This document shows, in pieces, positions 1-12,789 of a stretch of 64,000 nt of DNA. A program made the translations under genes and the position numbers. Position 1 is the stretch's first letter. Every line of letters starts with the position of its first letter. The DNA is from Octopus sinensis (lineage: Eukaryota), in contig NC_043011.1 of the NCBI RefSeq assembly GCF_006345805.1, forward strand, positions 9,672,001-9,736,000, read 5' to 3'. Below the pieces are notes generated by a model, which saw nothing but the letters and a program-made list of their open reading frames with translations, was not told the DNA's origin and made no database searches.

Positions 1-804
1 ATCTTATATATACATACATACATATATATGTATATATATATATATATTAGAACCCCTGATCTTATATATATAAATATACACACACACACTCAAATATATA
101 AATGTACGTATAAAATGTTTGTCTGTGATAACATCCAATTCAGGAAAAGAATTCTAACTTTAATTATTTTCCTGACATCTAACAGAGAAATGATTGAAGG
201 TGTACGTGCATGTGCGTGTGTGTGTGTGTGTGTGTAGATGTGTGTAGACACAAACACACCCACACATCATGATTTAATATCGTCAGTGTTGTTTTTGTGA
301 TGTAGTCGAACTAAAATTACAGCTTTTGGCAACCATTCCAGTACAACACGAAGAATCAAAAATAATCTCCATTGTTGCGAGCTTCGTTCTATTCCTCATC
401 ACGTTTCTATTCTCCTCCACATTTCAATATAATTCACTGGAAAAGTCACATGCGACTAGAGACTGGCCTCTTAGCATTTCAGTGAAGTTAGCAGTTAGAA
501 TTTGTCGAGAGACAAAGATTATTTTAGAAATAATGGGACCAAGCGAATTCTGTTGAAAGCAATAATTTGCAAGTGAGGAGAAAGAGGAGGAGGAGGAGGA
601 GTTAATAAACATTAACAAACATACATTTCTCTCTGATATTCGAGTGAAACGAAGTCCCGTTAGTCTACTAATTGGCCATAAAAACTGAATTAAACCTCTA
701 ATAGCATTGATAATTTCTTTCACTACTTATTCGCTCTGGCCTTGATGTTTAGAAATTGTTAAAATAGAAGCAAGCCTGTTGCAATATGTGTATGTATATG
801 CATG

Positions 805-847
<43 letters not shown>

Positions 848-1131
848 GCTTTTATGTAACAGTGTCTCTGTGTGAGCAGGGGGTGGACAGCAAAACTGAT
901 AGAATGGCCAACAAAACATCACCAAGTGGTGTTTATTTCCTTTTATGTGTAAATTTGTTGACCACTCTGCATTATTTAGAGGTAAAATGTCAACCAAGGT
1001 CGACATAGTCAATGGTGCTTCAGTTTGGCTAGTTCCAAGAGTGAAACTGGTAAAAGGATATACTTGGGGCCCTTTGCTATGTCTTCTGGGACCATGCAAC
1101 TACAGTTGTAAATTTCTTCTCCATATTGCAG

Positions 1132-1244
1132 ATCTGAGCAAAGATTTTTATGGAAGGCCATCCAGTTGACCATGTATGACCATCATTCCTCCATACTACG
1201 AGTATTGTCCAAAGATAATGTCTTTCAAATTGTTGCTGCCAGAG
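1132..1244 (+). CDS. Candidate internal coding exon of an unidentified gene (SEQRFLWKAIQLTMYDHHSSILRVLSKDNVFQIVAAR)
   Basis: Acceptor TTCTTCTCCATATTGCAG, donor AG|GTGAGG, exactly one open frame, non-repetitive composition. Protein not recognised. Confidence 0.35.
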
Positions 1245-1545
1245 GTGAGGAACATCCCCTAAAGTTGATCAAGTAAAGTCAAACACTGCTGGTCTGTCCC
1301 CACCCCCTCCTATGCATCACCACCATCACCATCATCATCATTGTCAGTACCTATCTACCTTCCTACCCACCCACTGTCACTTACACCAAAAGAGAAAAAA
1401 ATAATGAAAGAAACAAAATTTGTGCAGAGGAGGGTGAAAGGAATTGGAAATGAAATAGGCATTGACTAACCTCCTCCCCTCAAAATTGATGGCCTTCTGC
1501 TTAAAGTACGAAACATCATCATCATCAGCATTGTTATTATTATTA

Positions 1546-1757
1546 GGGTGATGAGCTGGTAGAACCGTTAGCATGCTGGGAAAAATGCTTAACACTATTT
1601 CATCTGTCTACATGTTCAGAGTTCAAATTCGGCCAAGATCAACTCTGCCTTTCATCCTTTCAGGGCCAATAAAGTAACTGCTAGTTGAGTACTGGAGTTG
1701 GTATAATCGACTATCCCCCTCTCCCAAATTTCAGGCCTTGTGCCTATAGTAGAAAGG

Positions 1758-1828
<71 letters not shown>
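1546..1828 (+). mobile_element. tRNA-headed SINE family A with (TTA)n tail
   Basis: A-box-like TGGTAGAACCGTT, B-box GAGTTCAAATTC (1620-1631), body GCCTTTCATCCTTT...GGCCTTGTGCC, long (TTA)n tail. At least 11 related copies in the window. Confidence 0.75.
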
Positions 1829-1829
<1 letters not shown>

Positions 1830-2043
1830 GAAGGTGCCAGGCCCTCTGATTTTATTTCCTGAGTTCAAATTCTGCCAAAGTCGACTTTGATTTCATCCTT
1901 TTGGAGTCAATAAAATGAATACCATTTCAGCGTTATGATCAATGTAATCAGCTAGATCCCTCTCCCTAGAATTCATAAGAAAAGCCCTGAATACTGGATT
2001 CAAAAGGTTAAATAAATAAGTATGAAACTATCCACTTTCTCAC

Positions 2044-2091
2044 CTGCACCAGGTGTGAAGACCATCTCACAAAAGTGACAGACTGGAAGAT
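2044..2091 (-). CDS. Candidate 48-nt symmetric exon (LPVCHFCEMVFTPGA; CxxC, UBZ-like spacing)
   Basis: Minus strand: pyrimidine-rich TTTTATACCTCCCTCTACCAACCTTCTCAG acceptor and CAG|GTGAGA donor. Two frames are open, so the peptide is uncertain. Confidence 0.25.
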
Positions 2092-2690
2092 CTGAGAAGG
2101 TTGGTAGAGGGAGGTATAAAATGAAATTAATGCAGTCTAGGAACACAAAACCTATCAGATGATACTTCCATATCTAATCCCAATGGAACTGTAGCACAAT
2201 TAAATACCATTTCTTGCTTAATAATAAATTCTAACATATTGCAGCTATATTCCAAGCAATTTGTGATTCTTCAGAGATTTTAGAAATCTGAAGAGAGTTA
2301 AGTTTGCTTCTTGAAGGAACTTGATAGAAATAGTTGACTTTACAATTGAAGAAATAACAGAGTCTCAATAATTTCTGTGTAAAAATCCAGCTGTTGGAAT
2401 TGGAGAATTTTATAGAAAAAAACTTGATTCAAATATTTAAAGAAATAGAAACAGAATTTTTAAAATATAAAGAAAGAAATGTCATATAAATATATAGATA
2501 CAAGCAAAAAGAAGCCGAGTTAGAATAGTACACACACACACACACACACACACAATTTACTAAAGTAAATTCCTGGTATAACCAATAGGATATAAACTAA
2601 AATAGACGGTATATATAAGGCTGTTGTTTTTATGTGTGTGTGACTATGTTATAAAATGCTTTATTTTAAAAGATGAACAATAGGTAGCTT

Positions 2691-3032
2691 CACACACACA
2701 CACACACATTTGAAATCTGTTGTATTTTATGGTGGCTTTTTACTTTCCATTTGAAGGAAAAGTTTAAAACATTTTCTTTCAAAACTTTTGTGGCATCTTT
2801 AAAAAAAAAAAAGCCAAAATCTGAAACAACTTCTGATCTGTCCCCACCCCCTCCTATGCATCACCACCATCACCATCATCATCATCATCAGTACCTATCT
2901 ACCTTCCTACCCACCCACTGTCACTTACACCAAAAGAGAAAAAAAATAATGAAAGAAACAAAATTTGTGCAGAGGAGGGTGAAAGGAATTGGAAATGAAA
3001 TTTAAATAAGTCTCTGAGAAATACACGTGTGT

Positions 3033-3069
<37 letters not shown>

Positions 3070-3470
3070 CATATGCACACAGATACACAAGTCAAGCGTA
3101 GAATAGATAACATTTTTCTTTAGTACAAAATATTATTGAAAATATTTTTTTCTTTCAAATTGCAGTATTTCCATATTTGTTCTTCTTCCCCAACCAACTG
3201 TAAAGTTGTATTTGAAAATGGAAACCAAAATCTTCATTCCTGTAAGTTCCAAATCAATAACCCCCAACCCAACCCAACCCAAACCATCATATTTTACCTA
3301 TTTTCCCTCACACTTGGCTGATGCCAATGAAATCATGACCAAAAACTAAGAGTTGCCAGTCTGCGGAAACATTTAGTAAAATAGTCCACTAAGTTCTCTG
3401 ACCTTTACTAAAGAAAATAATGGCAACAAGATAGGTGTCCCATATATACATACATAAATACACACACACA

Positions 3471-3561
<91 letters not shown>

Positions 3562-4653
3562 CATAAACACACACGTTATATATATATACATACATACATA
3601 CATACATACATACATACATACATACATACATACATACATACATACATACATACATACATACATACATACACACACACATGCACACACACACACACACGTG
3701 TCGAAGGGCCAGGTAGTGAATTTACAAACAGGAGCAAGTTCCATCTGGCAACAGATTAAGCATATAACATCAAAATAGGTCCTTTTAGCAGGTTTCCACA
3801 TAGTTTGTGTGGACTAATTTTCATTTGCCAAGTTTTGGTTAACTGAACAAACAAGTAAACACACACACACACACACACACATTTGAAATCTGTTGTATTT
3901 TATGGTGGCTTTTTACTTTCCATTTGAAGGAAAAGTTTAAAACATTTTCTTTCAAAACTTTTGTGGCATCTTTAAAAAAAAAAAAGCCAAAATCTGAAAC
4001 AACTTCTGATCTGTCCCCACCCCCTCCTATGCATCACCACCATCACCATCATCATCATCATCAGTACCTATCTACCTTCCTACCCACCCACTGTCACTTA
4101 CACCAAAAGAGAAAAAAAATAATGAAAGAAACAAAATTTGTGCAGAGGAGGGTGAAAGGAATTGGAAATGAAATTTAAATAAGTCTCTGAGAAATACACG
4201 TGTGTGTGTATGTGTGTGTGTGTGTGTGTGTATACATATGCACACAGATACACAAGTCAAGCGTAGAATAGATAACATTTTTCTTTAGTACAAAATATTA
4301 TTGAAAATATTTTTTTCTTTCAAATTGCAGTATTTCCATATTTGTTCTTCTTCCCCAACCAACTGTAAAGTTGTATTTGAAAATGGAAACCAAAATCTTC
4401 ATTCCTGTAAGTTCCAAATCAATAACCCCCAACCCAACCCAACCCAAACCATCATATTTTACCTATTTTCCCTCACACTTGGCTGATGCCAATGAAATCA
4501 TGACCAAAAACTAAGAGTTGCCAGTCTGCGGAAACATTTAGTAAAATAGTCCACTAAGTTCTCTGACCTTTACTAAAGAAAATAATGGCAACAAGATAGG
4601 TGTCCCATATATACATACATAAATACACACACACACACTATATATATATATAT

Positions 4654-4724
<71 letters not shown>

Positions 4725-5028
4725 TATGTATATACATACATAAACACACACGTTATATATATATATATACATACATACATACATACATACATACATACAT
4801 ACATACACACACACATGCACACACACACACACACGTGTCGAAGGGCCAGGTAGTGAATTTACAAACAGGAGCAAGTTCCATCTGGCAACAGATTAAGCAT
4901 ATAACATCAAAATAGGTCCTTTTAGCAGGTTTCCACATAGTTTGTGTGGACTAATTTTCATTTGCCAAGTTTTGGTTAACTGAACAAACAAGTAAACACA
5001 CACACACACACACACATACACACACACA
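2691..5028. repeat. Tandem duplication, unit ~1.17 kb (2691-3859 and 3860-5028), bounded by (CA)n
   Basis: ATTTGAAATC at 2708 and 3881. Identical ORF-track peptides 2751-3005/3924-4178 and 3136-3321/4301-4486. Confidence 0.95.
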
Positions 5029-5730
5029 ACAGGTTTCTCTCAGTTTGTGCCTTAAAATCCCTTCACAGGCATTGGTCAGTCCAGGGCTATAGTAGAAGAT
5101 ACTTGGCCAATGTGCATACAATGACTGTGTCATAATGTGGCACAGTGTGCCACAATGTGTTTCATTTACAGTTGTTGACAATAATTTCCAGATGAAAGAC
5201 CGAGGAATGTGCAACTTTTAAGGACTAAAACATTGCTATGAAATAGGAGACCATAAAATTAAGGTTAACAATACTTGAGCCTTAACAGATTTTAAGGGTT
5301 TAGAAAATATTTAAGTACAATAAGCAGAAGGCCTGAAATTTTGAGGAAAATAGGGAATTGATTATGTTGACCTCACTACCCAACAGTGAGCCTGGAAAAA
5401 CATCTTTCAAGTTTTGTGCCTCACAAAAACAATGAGAAATGACTGAGACTTTTGGCCTTATGTTGTGCATGAGAAGGAAGACCCATCAAACCGAGTGAAA
5501 TTGTAGTCATGGCAGATACTGGTGTCACACAAGGGGCACCTGTGCCAGTGGCATGTAAGAGCACCCATTACACTCTCGGAGTGGTTGGCATTAAAAAGGG
5601 CATCCAGCCGTAGTCACTATGCCAAATCAGAGCATGCCAACTCTGGTCAAACTGTCCAACCCATGCCAGCATGGACAGTGGACGTTAGATGATGAGTATG
5701 ATGAAATTGTTCTACGTTTTAGTAAAATAA

Positions 5731-6790
5731 TTGTTTTCCATATTGGAAAAAAGAATGGCAGCACATACAACTATTTTTAGAAACTTCAAGACTGACACTA
5801 GAATGGCAGAAGGTTATTTTGAAACTGGAGGTCTGGTTTCAATTCTTTATACAGAGTGCTTCACTAAATCTACTGAGAGGAGAGAAATAGTATTTTTTAG
5901 TTCCATTGATGTAGGCATCAGTAGTATGGTATTGGAACAGTTGTGTTCCCTTCTGTTAACCATTTAAGAACTCTACCCTATGTCAGCCAGGTAGACTGCT
6001 TTTACTAAGAATTACAACACAATAACTGTAGAAGACTATGAGCCTTCTGCCTCATCAGAAGATGTTGGCTCAAAAGTCGGTTATCTCAAATAAAATGCTA
6101 TCTTCATTTGGAATTAAGTGCTGCTATTTTAGCTAAAGTAAGATCTGAATCACCAGTTCATAAATTATAATCTGTTGAAGCTTTTGTCTTTATCAATCAT
6201 GGCTTCTGCCATTCCAAATTGACAGTCATACTGTTTTGTGGATGGTAGAAGTTAATATAGCTTTCAGGTTTCGCTTTGATGATGAGAGATGTTATGACAA
6301 GAGACTATCTAGAACTTGCATGGTGATTAAAGAATGGAAAACGAAAAAAAAAGAAGAAAAACAGACAAGAAAAGAAAAGAAATCCCACATCGTTATTCAG
6401 CATTATCAGGAGAGCATAATAAAGTGCCCGAGGTCATTTTGACATTGAAACTAAGCAAAGAGGAGGTGGGTGAAGAAGCCGATAAGAATATAACCTGTTG
6501 TTGAATAGAGAAGAAGGATCAAAGATAAGGAAGAGGTGAAGCAGATAATTCTTGTCAAGTGGAATCACTGTTGGAGATGTGACAATGAGGAATTACTGGC
6601 AAAGAAATTCTTGTTTGCTGCCGGCATGGAAGGAGAGGAAAGTTCTATGATTAGTCCTCTACAGGGTTGACAAGTTCCAAAGACATAATTATTCTGATAT
6701 CACAGATTTCATTACTGAGATTTGGTTTTAGGACCTGAGTTTATTTTGTGGGCTGCTGAGATGTTGTCGAGATAGCTGCTTCTTTGAGAC
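5731..6790 (-). mobile_element. Highly degenerate L2/CR1-like LINE fragment
   Basis: Weak frameshifted remnants resembling the pre-RT linker and early RT. No intact motif. Confidence 0.3.
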
Positions 6791-6818
6791 AAGGAAAGAT
6801 GTAGAAGATAGCGATTAT

Positions 6819-6819
<1 letters not shown>

Positions 6820-6882
<63 letters not shown>

Positions 6883-6920
6883 AACAACAACAACAACAAC
6901 AACAACAATAATAATAATAA
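6820..6920. repeat. Compound (CTA)n(CAA)n(TAA)n microsatellite
   Basis: Direct reading. Confidence 0.95.
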
Positions 6921-7462
6921 GTACCAGGCAGTGGCTCTCATGGCTTTTGATCTTAACTGATTGGAACTGTTATCATGTACGTTGTTTTGTCTTCGTATAA
7001 AAGATGAGCTACAGCAAATATTCTGCTCAATACCACAGATTTGCTTGTCAGTTGTTTGACCTTAACCAGGTGACCATGTCCCTTAGTGGCTGACATATGT
7101 GCATCTCTGATCACGAGCAGAAGTAGTGAGGAAGCATCATAGCCATGTGTTGAGAGGGATTCTTTGGGGTTTGAATAATTCACCTCTGGAAACATGGGTG
7201 GTTCTTCCAACATCCTTAAACAACCCTTATTCAGGGACCTTTTGAGCGGGATTGGCTACTCAACCTGAAGAAAATTCTAACTGGGCCCCACCTGCAAGGT
7301 CATGTGCTGTTTATCTTGATATGAGATCACTATGTCGCGCACATATGGTTGTGATGCATGTGCCTGGTGTACCCTTATCAGACGGGTAGTCATGATGGGT
7401 ATGCTGGGCTTTGTATATTTTACCCCAGTGTCACTTTGATGGCATGCACTGCTCTCTCACTC
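6921..7462 (+). mobile_element. Unclassified ~550-bp interspersed element, copy 1
   Basis: Colinear with 41156-41715 and 42646-43091. No coding motif. (TAA)n on both sides. Confidence 0.8.
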
Positions 7463-7492
7463 AATAATAATAATAATAATAATAATAATAAT

Positions 7493-7820
7493 CTACTGCA
7501 GGACAAGGTAGGAAAGTTATGGGGCAGAAGGAAAGTAATGGTGATATCGGTGGTAATTGGAGCATTAGGAGCAGTTTCCAGGGGCTTTGAAAAACATATA
7601 AAGAATATTGGAGCTGCTGTCAGGCTCGGATTCAGAAGACAGCATTTTTGGGTACAATTCACATTCTAAGGAGAGTATTGTCTCTTTGAGTCACAGGAGA
7701 AGGCACTACTTGAAACCTTTGGTGATTTGGTATTGCCTGCTTTCAAGTGAAGAATAACTGATAATTAAGAACTATCCAAGAGTCTTTCACAATAACAACA
7801 ACAACAATAATAGTAATAAT
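7493..7820 (+). mobile_element. R4/Dong-clade LINE 3' fragment with 3'UTR and (CAA/TAA)n tail
   Basis: Translates KLWGRRKVMVISVVIGALGAVS...IQKTAFLGTIHILRRVLSL*, the typical R4 C-terminus. Starts right after (AAT)n. Confidence 0.75.
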
Positions 7821-7824
7821 TCTT

Positions 7825-8040
7825 TCTATCATAGGAACAAGGCTTGAAATTTTTTTGTGTGTGCACGTGTGTGTGGGTGGGGGTGGAGGCTAGTCAATTA
7901 CACTGACCCCAGTACTCCACTGGTATTTATTTCATCAACCCCAAAAGGACGAGAGGCAAAGTTAATCTTGGCAGAATCTGAAGTCAGAACATAAAACTGG
8001 AAGAAATGCTGCGAAGCATTTTGTGTGGCAAATGCTAACT
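7825..8040 (-). mobile_element. SINE family A copy
   Basis: Reverse-complement similarity to 1546-1775. Confidence 0.65.
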
Positions 8041-11000
8041 GCATACGAGTGGGGGGGAGGGGGAGGTAGAGACAGAAGGTGGATCAATCCAATGTTTATA
8101 TGACTGGTTGTAAACTGCATCTGCTAACATTATGAAGTAACTCTGAGCCCCCAGAAACAGCCGTTGGACTCGTAACACCATACCTTCTCCCCTCTTTCTG
8201 TGTTTTTGTACACCGTGTAAGTTTGGCCTGTTAATCTCTCTCTCTCTCTCCATATGTATATATATGTGCATGTGTGTGTGTGTGTGTATATATATAATCA
8301 TCTTTATATCTAAAGATGGTACACACACACACATATCTGTGTGTGTGTGTGTGTGAAGACACACAAATTTCGATTCCTGGACTGAGCATTGTGTTCTTAA
8401 GCAAAACTCTTTATTTCATGTTTACTCAGCAAGCAAAAATCAGTCCTGTCCAGGGTGAGTGAGCAATATTCAGGCTACAGAATCTGGAAAACCAACCTTA
8501 GGAACATATGGCTCAGGAAGGATTTTTGATCTTTTTTGTTATATATTCATAAAACCCGAGAGATGAGAAATGAATGATAATTTAGAGGAGGAGGAGGAGG
8601 AGGAGGCTGGGGATGTAACAGAAAGGATGAACAGGAACCAACAGTCAAAGGTTTCAGTGAAATAAATATAGGTTGTTATTGACTGTTATACATATTGTAT
8701 AACAGTATGTGTATGTATATCTTCTATTTTTTAATTATTATAAATCTTCCACTGAGGAGAGAGCCCGTTTCCAACAGAGATACAAGGCTCCATCTTTGGG
8801 ATGTTGTTAACACAGGCAAATTCACATTTGGAACTTGAGAGAAGTCTTCCATATTTTTACTGTTCCACTCACAGATTGCACCTGGGGCTGTAAAAGAGAT
8901 ATTCAGGAAGAGAGTGTGTGTATGTATACATGCATGCATGTATCTATGTATGTATGCATATGTGTATATACAGACACACACACATCATAGGGTGTCATGG
9001 AGAAACAGAAATTAAAATGTTCATGAAGCTGGTGTTTTTATCGAGGCAGTAGCCATTGTCATTTTTATGTTCTCCTGAAAAAATGATGAATTTTGTAGGG
9101 ATTACATACCAATGAGGGATCATTAAAGGTTGATGTAGCGAGTGATGTATGCAGAACAAAAGTTATTTTAAATATGCCCCAGCATGGTTACAGTCGAATG
9201 ACTGCCAAGAGTCTGGGTGGGAGGTATATTGAAATTTGCCATTGAGATGGAGAAAGAAGAAAAAGAGATCTTGCAGTAACAATGATTGAAGCTCTCAAAG
9301 GAAAGGGAATTAAGGGATACAATAGAAGTAAATAGTATGAGATGTTCTGGACAACAGACCAAAACATGTCACTTTAATGAAATTCCAATCCCCCCCCCTC
9401 CCCAACAAATATATTAATGTAAGAGACAGTACTAGACAAGATTCCATCAATCGGCCAGTTTTAGATTTATAGGATATCAAGAAACATTCCAACCTGATTG
9501 ACTTTAATTTTTAATCTAATGCAAGGACGAAAACTCTGATACCTTCTTGCATTATTTATTTTGGTTCTGTGACGGAACCATTAGAGGACTTTTGCTTTAC
9601 AAAAGGAGGTGGAAAATTATTTCATAATTCCTAGAAATTATCTCCTATTCTTCTTTAACAGTGGCTAACATTTAATGCCTGGTTTTGATTTTCTTCCTCT
9701 AACGAAGAAGGTTTCAGTTAATTGTGAATTTATTTTTCATTTTTGAACTAGGTTTGCAAGATTCTTTATATGAGTTTGTGTGTTGAAGCATATTCTGTTG
9801 TGTCTGGGGAGAGTCATTTTCTTTTTTTTTTTGCCTTATAAAGTAACACACTCACCAGTAAAATTTCCACTTTTTTCTTATTTTTATTTTCCTAAAATTT
9901 TCGTTGCGTCCTTTTCAATAGTTTTGAATTTATTTGATTTATATAATCTGAAAGAACAACCATTTCATGGCATTGCCCCACTTGAATTTCTTCTCTTACT
10001 TCAAATCAGACCTGAGGTTGTGGGATGGAGAAGGGGACGGACACAAGTCAGTGGGGTATTTTGCAAACACACACACCTTAGATATAGACACCAATAATTA
10101 TTAATCAAATCGATATGGCATTGGTGTTTATTCAGTGCATCAGCACTTAATATACTGACTGGTAGGGGAAAAAAAAAAACATTTTGAAAACTATACATGG
10201 TTTTTTAAATAGTAAAGTAGTTAAATGTCTCAATTTGTCTTGAATTTTTGTATTGTATAGAGAAATAACATTAAACAGAATGTTGCTTAAAGTGAAAAAG
10301 TAAATAAATAAACATTAGGGTGAAATCTTTCAAGATGTAGGAAGTAGTGATGTGAAAAAGAAAGAAATATTCTTGGAACATGGAAAAGTAGTTTTGTACC
10401 ATTAAAACATGGAGAACTCAGAGATTTTATTTCAGTTTTCACTTTGGCTGTCGACTTCAGCACAAAACACTATATTAAAGACATAGCAGGGAAGAACACA
10501 CACACACACACAAACCTACATAACTATAAACACAAGCACGTTTACTATACATTATGAGAATATGGTTGGAATAAATCTAATCAAAACCCTTTGTCTTTGA
10601 CATGTCAATGAAAGAACGGTCAGAGAAAGAGAGAGAGAAAGAAGAGGAACAAATAAGAAAAAGATAAAAGAAATCTTTGTTGAAACCTTGTCTTTTATAC
10701 AATAATGGTGATGGAACTACTCTCTCTCTCTCTCTCTCTCTCTCCTGTTTTTGAAACTCTCTTAGTAATGGTGAAGGGAATAAATATACGTTCCTCAATT
10801 TAATAGGTTTTTGTTTTTCTTTCTTTTTCCAGGGAAAATATATCATCATCAACATCAGCATCATCGTTTAACCCCCCCATATTCCATGTGGGCATGGGCT
10901 GGACAGTTTGACAAGGAGCCAATAAATCAGGGTCTGCATTGTGCTTTCTATGGCTGGATGCCCTTCCTAATGCCAACCCTTTTTACAGTATGGACTGGGT

Positions 11001-11441
11001 GCCTTTTGTCTTCATGGCCCCAGTATGATTGAGGTCACCCTGTAGTCTGCAAGTAAAGAAAACCCTGAAGGAGGATGTTGCCATCCGCGTGTCTGATGGG
11101 GGTTTAGGTATGAGGGAAGAGGTTGGGGTGGAGCAGGTTCATGTTGCAGAGGAGCCACATGGCTACTCACATTTAGGAGAGAGAGGGAGTACGGGAGGGA
11201 GTACAGGAGGGAGAGAGAGAATGAAGAGAGGCATCTGCAAGGAGATAGACAGTGGTGATGAGGTGTCCAGGTGGCACCTCTGGAAGAAGCTGTAGTGGGG
11301 GTGGGGGGAGTTGCAAGAGTGTGTAGCGGGAAGAGAGATGGGGAAGTGGGCCCCATCTGTAAAGATTGAAGGAAGTGGGTGCATAAGTTGAGGAAGCTGC
11401 AGGGGATACTAGCAGTTTGGTAGGGATGACTACCTTTTGAA

Positions 11442-11489
<48 letters not shown>

Positions 11490-11754
11490 CAGATGATGTG
11501 CTTGGGCTGGCTGCAAGAGATAAAGCAAGAGAAATGCATGAGGAGAGATAATTGGGTGATCCAAGGAGGGGGGATGGCCAGTGCAATATAGGGGTGCGTG
11601 GAGAAGAATATTAATGGATAAAGAATGGTTAACAAGGGAGATGGCTCTGGGTAGAAAGAGAGAAGAATGGTATCAGGAATGGTTGGTTGTGGGGAGGAGT
11701 ATCATGAGAGGTGGTTGATTATGGTGCACACACACACACACACACACACACACA

Positions 11755-11796
<42 letters not shown>

Positions 11797-11797
<1 letters not shown>

Positions 11798-12150
11798 CTG
11801 GGTGTTCAGACTAAATTTGACAGTTTGCATAAAAGGAAAAGTAAACAATATTCCATTAAAAAAAAAAAGCTTTTTAAAAAAGTATCAACTTGGATTATGG
11901 CTGGGAGATAACAGTTTACTCCCAGCTGATGCCCTTAGCTTCCACCACAGCTTCAAGATGGTTCTGGAACCTGGCACATGCATTCCTCACTGCATTCTGA
12001 GGAAAGTCTTCAAACACTTCGTTGGCCACCAGCTTGGCCTTGGTTTTGCAGGTTGGTGTCTTTCTCAACCGTGCCTTACACATAGTAATCCATGAGATTA
12101 TAATTGGGAGAATTAAGAGGTCAGAATTTGAGTCTGGTGAAGTCATAGAA
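11797..12150 (-). mobile_element. Tc1/mariner transposase C-terminal remnant with probable terminal repeat (maT/DD37D-like)
   Basis: ORF 11916-12146: SPDSN...FEDFPQNAVRNACARFQNHLEAVVEAKG matches the SPDLNP...AC..F..RLEAVV.A.G C-terminus. End sequence CACTGGGTGTTCAGAC at ~11796 resembles mariner-type termini. Confidence 0.7.
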
Positions 12151-12789
12151 ATTCTCTGACCATTTCCAACTCTTTCTAGAAGTATGCCAAGATGCCGAAT
12201 CCTGTTGCCCCACCTATGGCCTGGCGATAGTAACCCTCCCTTCCCAGCCTGACATTGACTACAGTCTCCAGCAGTGTCACATAGCCACCTGAATTGAGCA
12301 TCAATCCCTGTTCAAAGATAACGGAATGAATTCTGGCCCGCAGCCAGTCAGAATGTCTGCTGTGTCCCTTCCTGCAGTCTACACTTTCATAATCTCTGTT
12401 GCAGTCGTCCACGTCACGTCATCTCATGTCTTACAGCCTTTACAGTCTTTTTTTTACAGAGCATTGAGCAGAAGTCATGCCGTCAGAATTTTAGTACCTG
12501 GCACAAGTCATCATGATACAGTTAACTGTTTCCCAATATTCAGATGGCTTCCAGTTCTCCATATCATTTCACTTTTTTGCAACTACAACTTTAATCTTTA
12601 TGCTTTCCAATGTCTTTTCAGGAACAACTTGTTTTTCCTGAAAAGTGGAGATGAAAAATTGTCAAGTTTAGCACAAACACCCTGTATATACACATACACA
12701 CACATGTATCCCTATAAATACAATATAACTCCTTGCAGTGCTTCAAGAAGTCAGTTTCATTGTAGTGGGCAGGTTTTCATAAAACCCTG

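Noticed and set aside
326-723. ORFs 326-556(+) and 424-723(-) as host exons
   Set aside because: No recognisable domain, and no consistent acceptor, donor and open-frame combination.
1546-1640. tRNA genes at SINE heads
   Set aside because: A/B-box-like motifs only; no cloverleaf, and they continue into SINE bodies with simple-repeat tails.
6921-7000. Hammerhead or HDV ribozyme at the start of the 550-bp element and in the Tx1 5'UTR
   Set aside because: CTGATGC does not fit the CUGANGA core, and I could not build the HDV nested pseudoknot by eye; needs an Infernal search.
8100-8200. Exon-like unique sequence here and at 17560-17735
   Set aside because: The two regions share GACTGGTTG...CATCTGC.AAC.TTATGAAGTAAC and ACACCATA.CTTCTCCCCTCT, indicating a dispersed repeat.
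8431-8460. 25-nt micro-exon with a perfect GTGAGT donor
   Set aside because: Lies within a SINE-like segment (B-box-like TTCGATTCC at ~8370 upstream), so the signals are probably repeat-derived.
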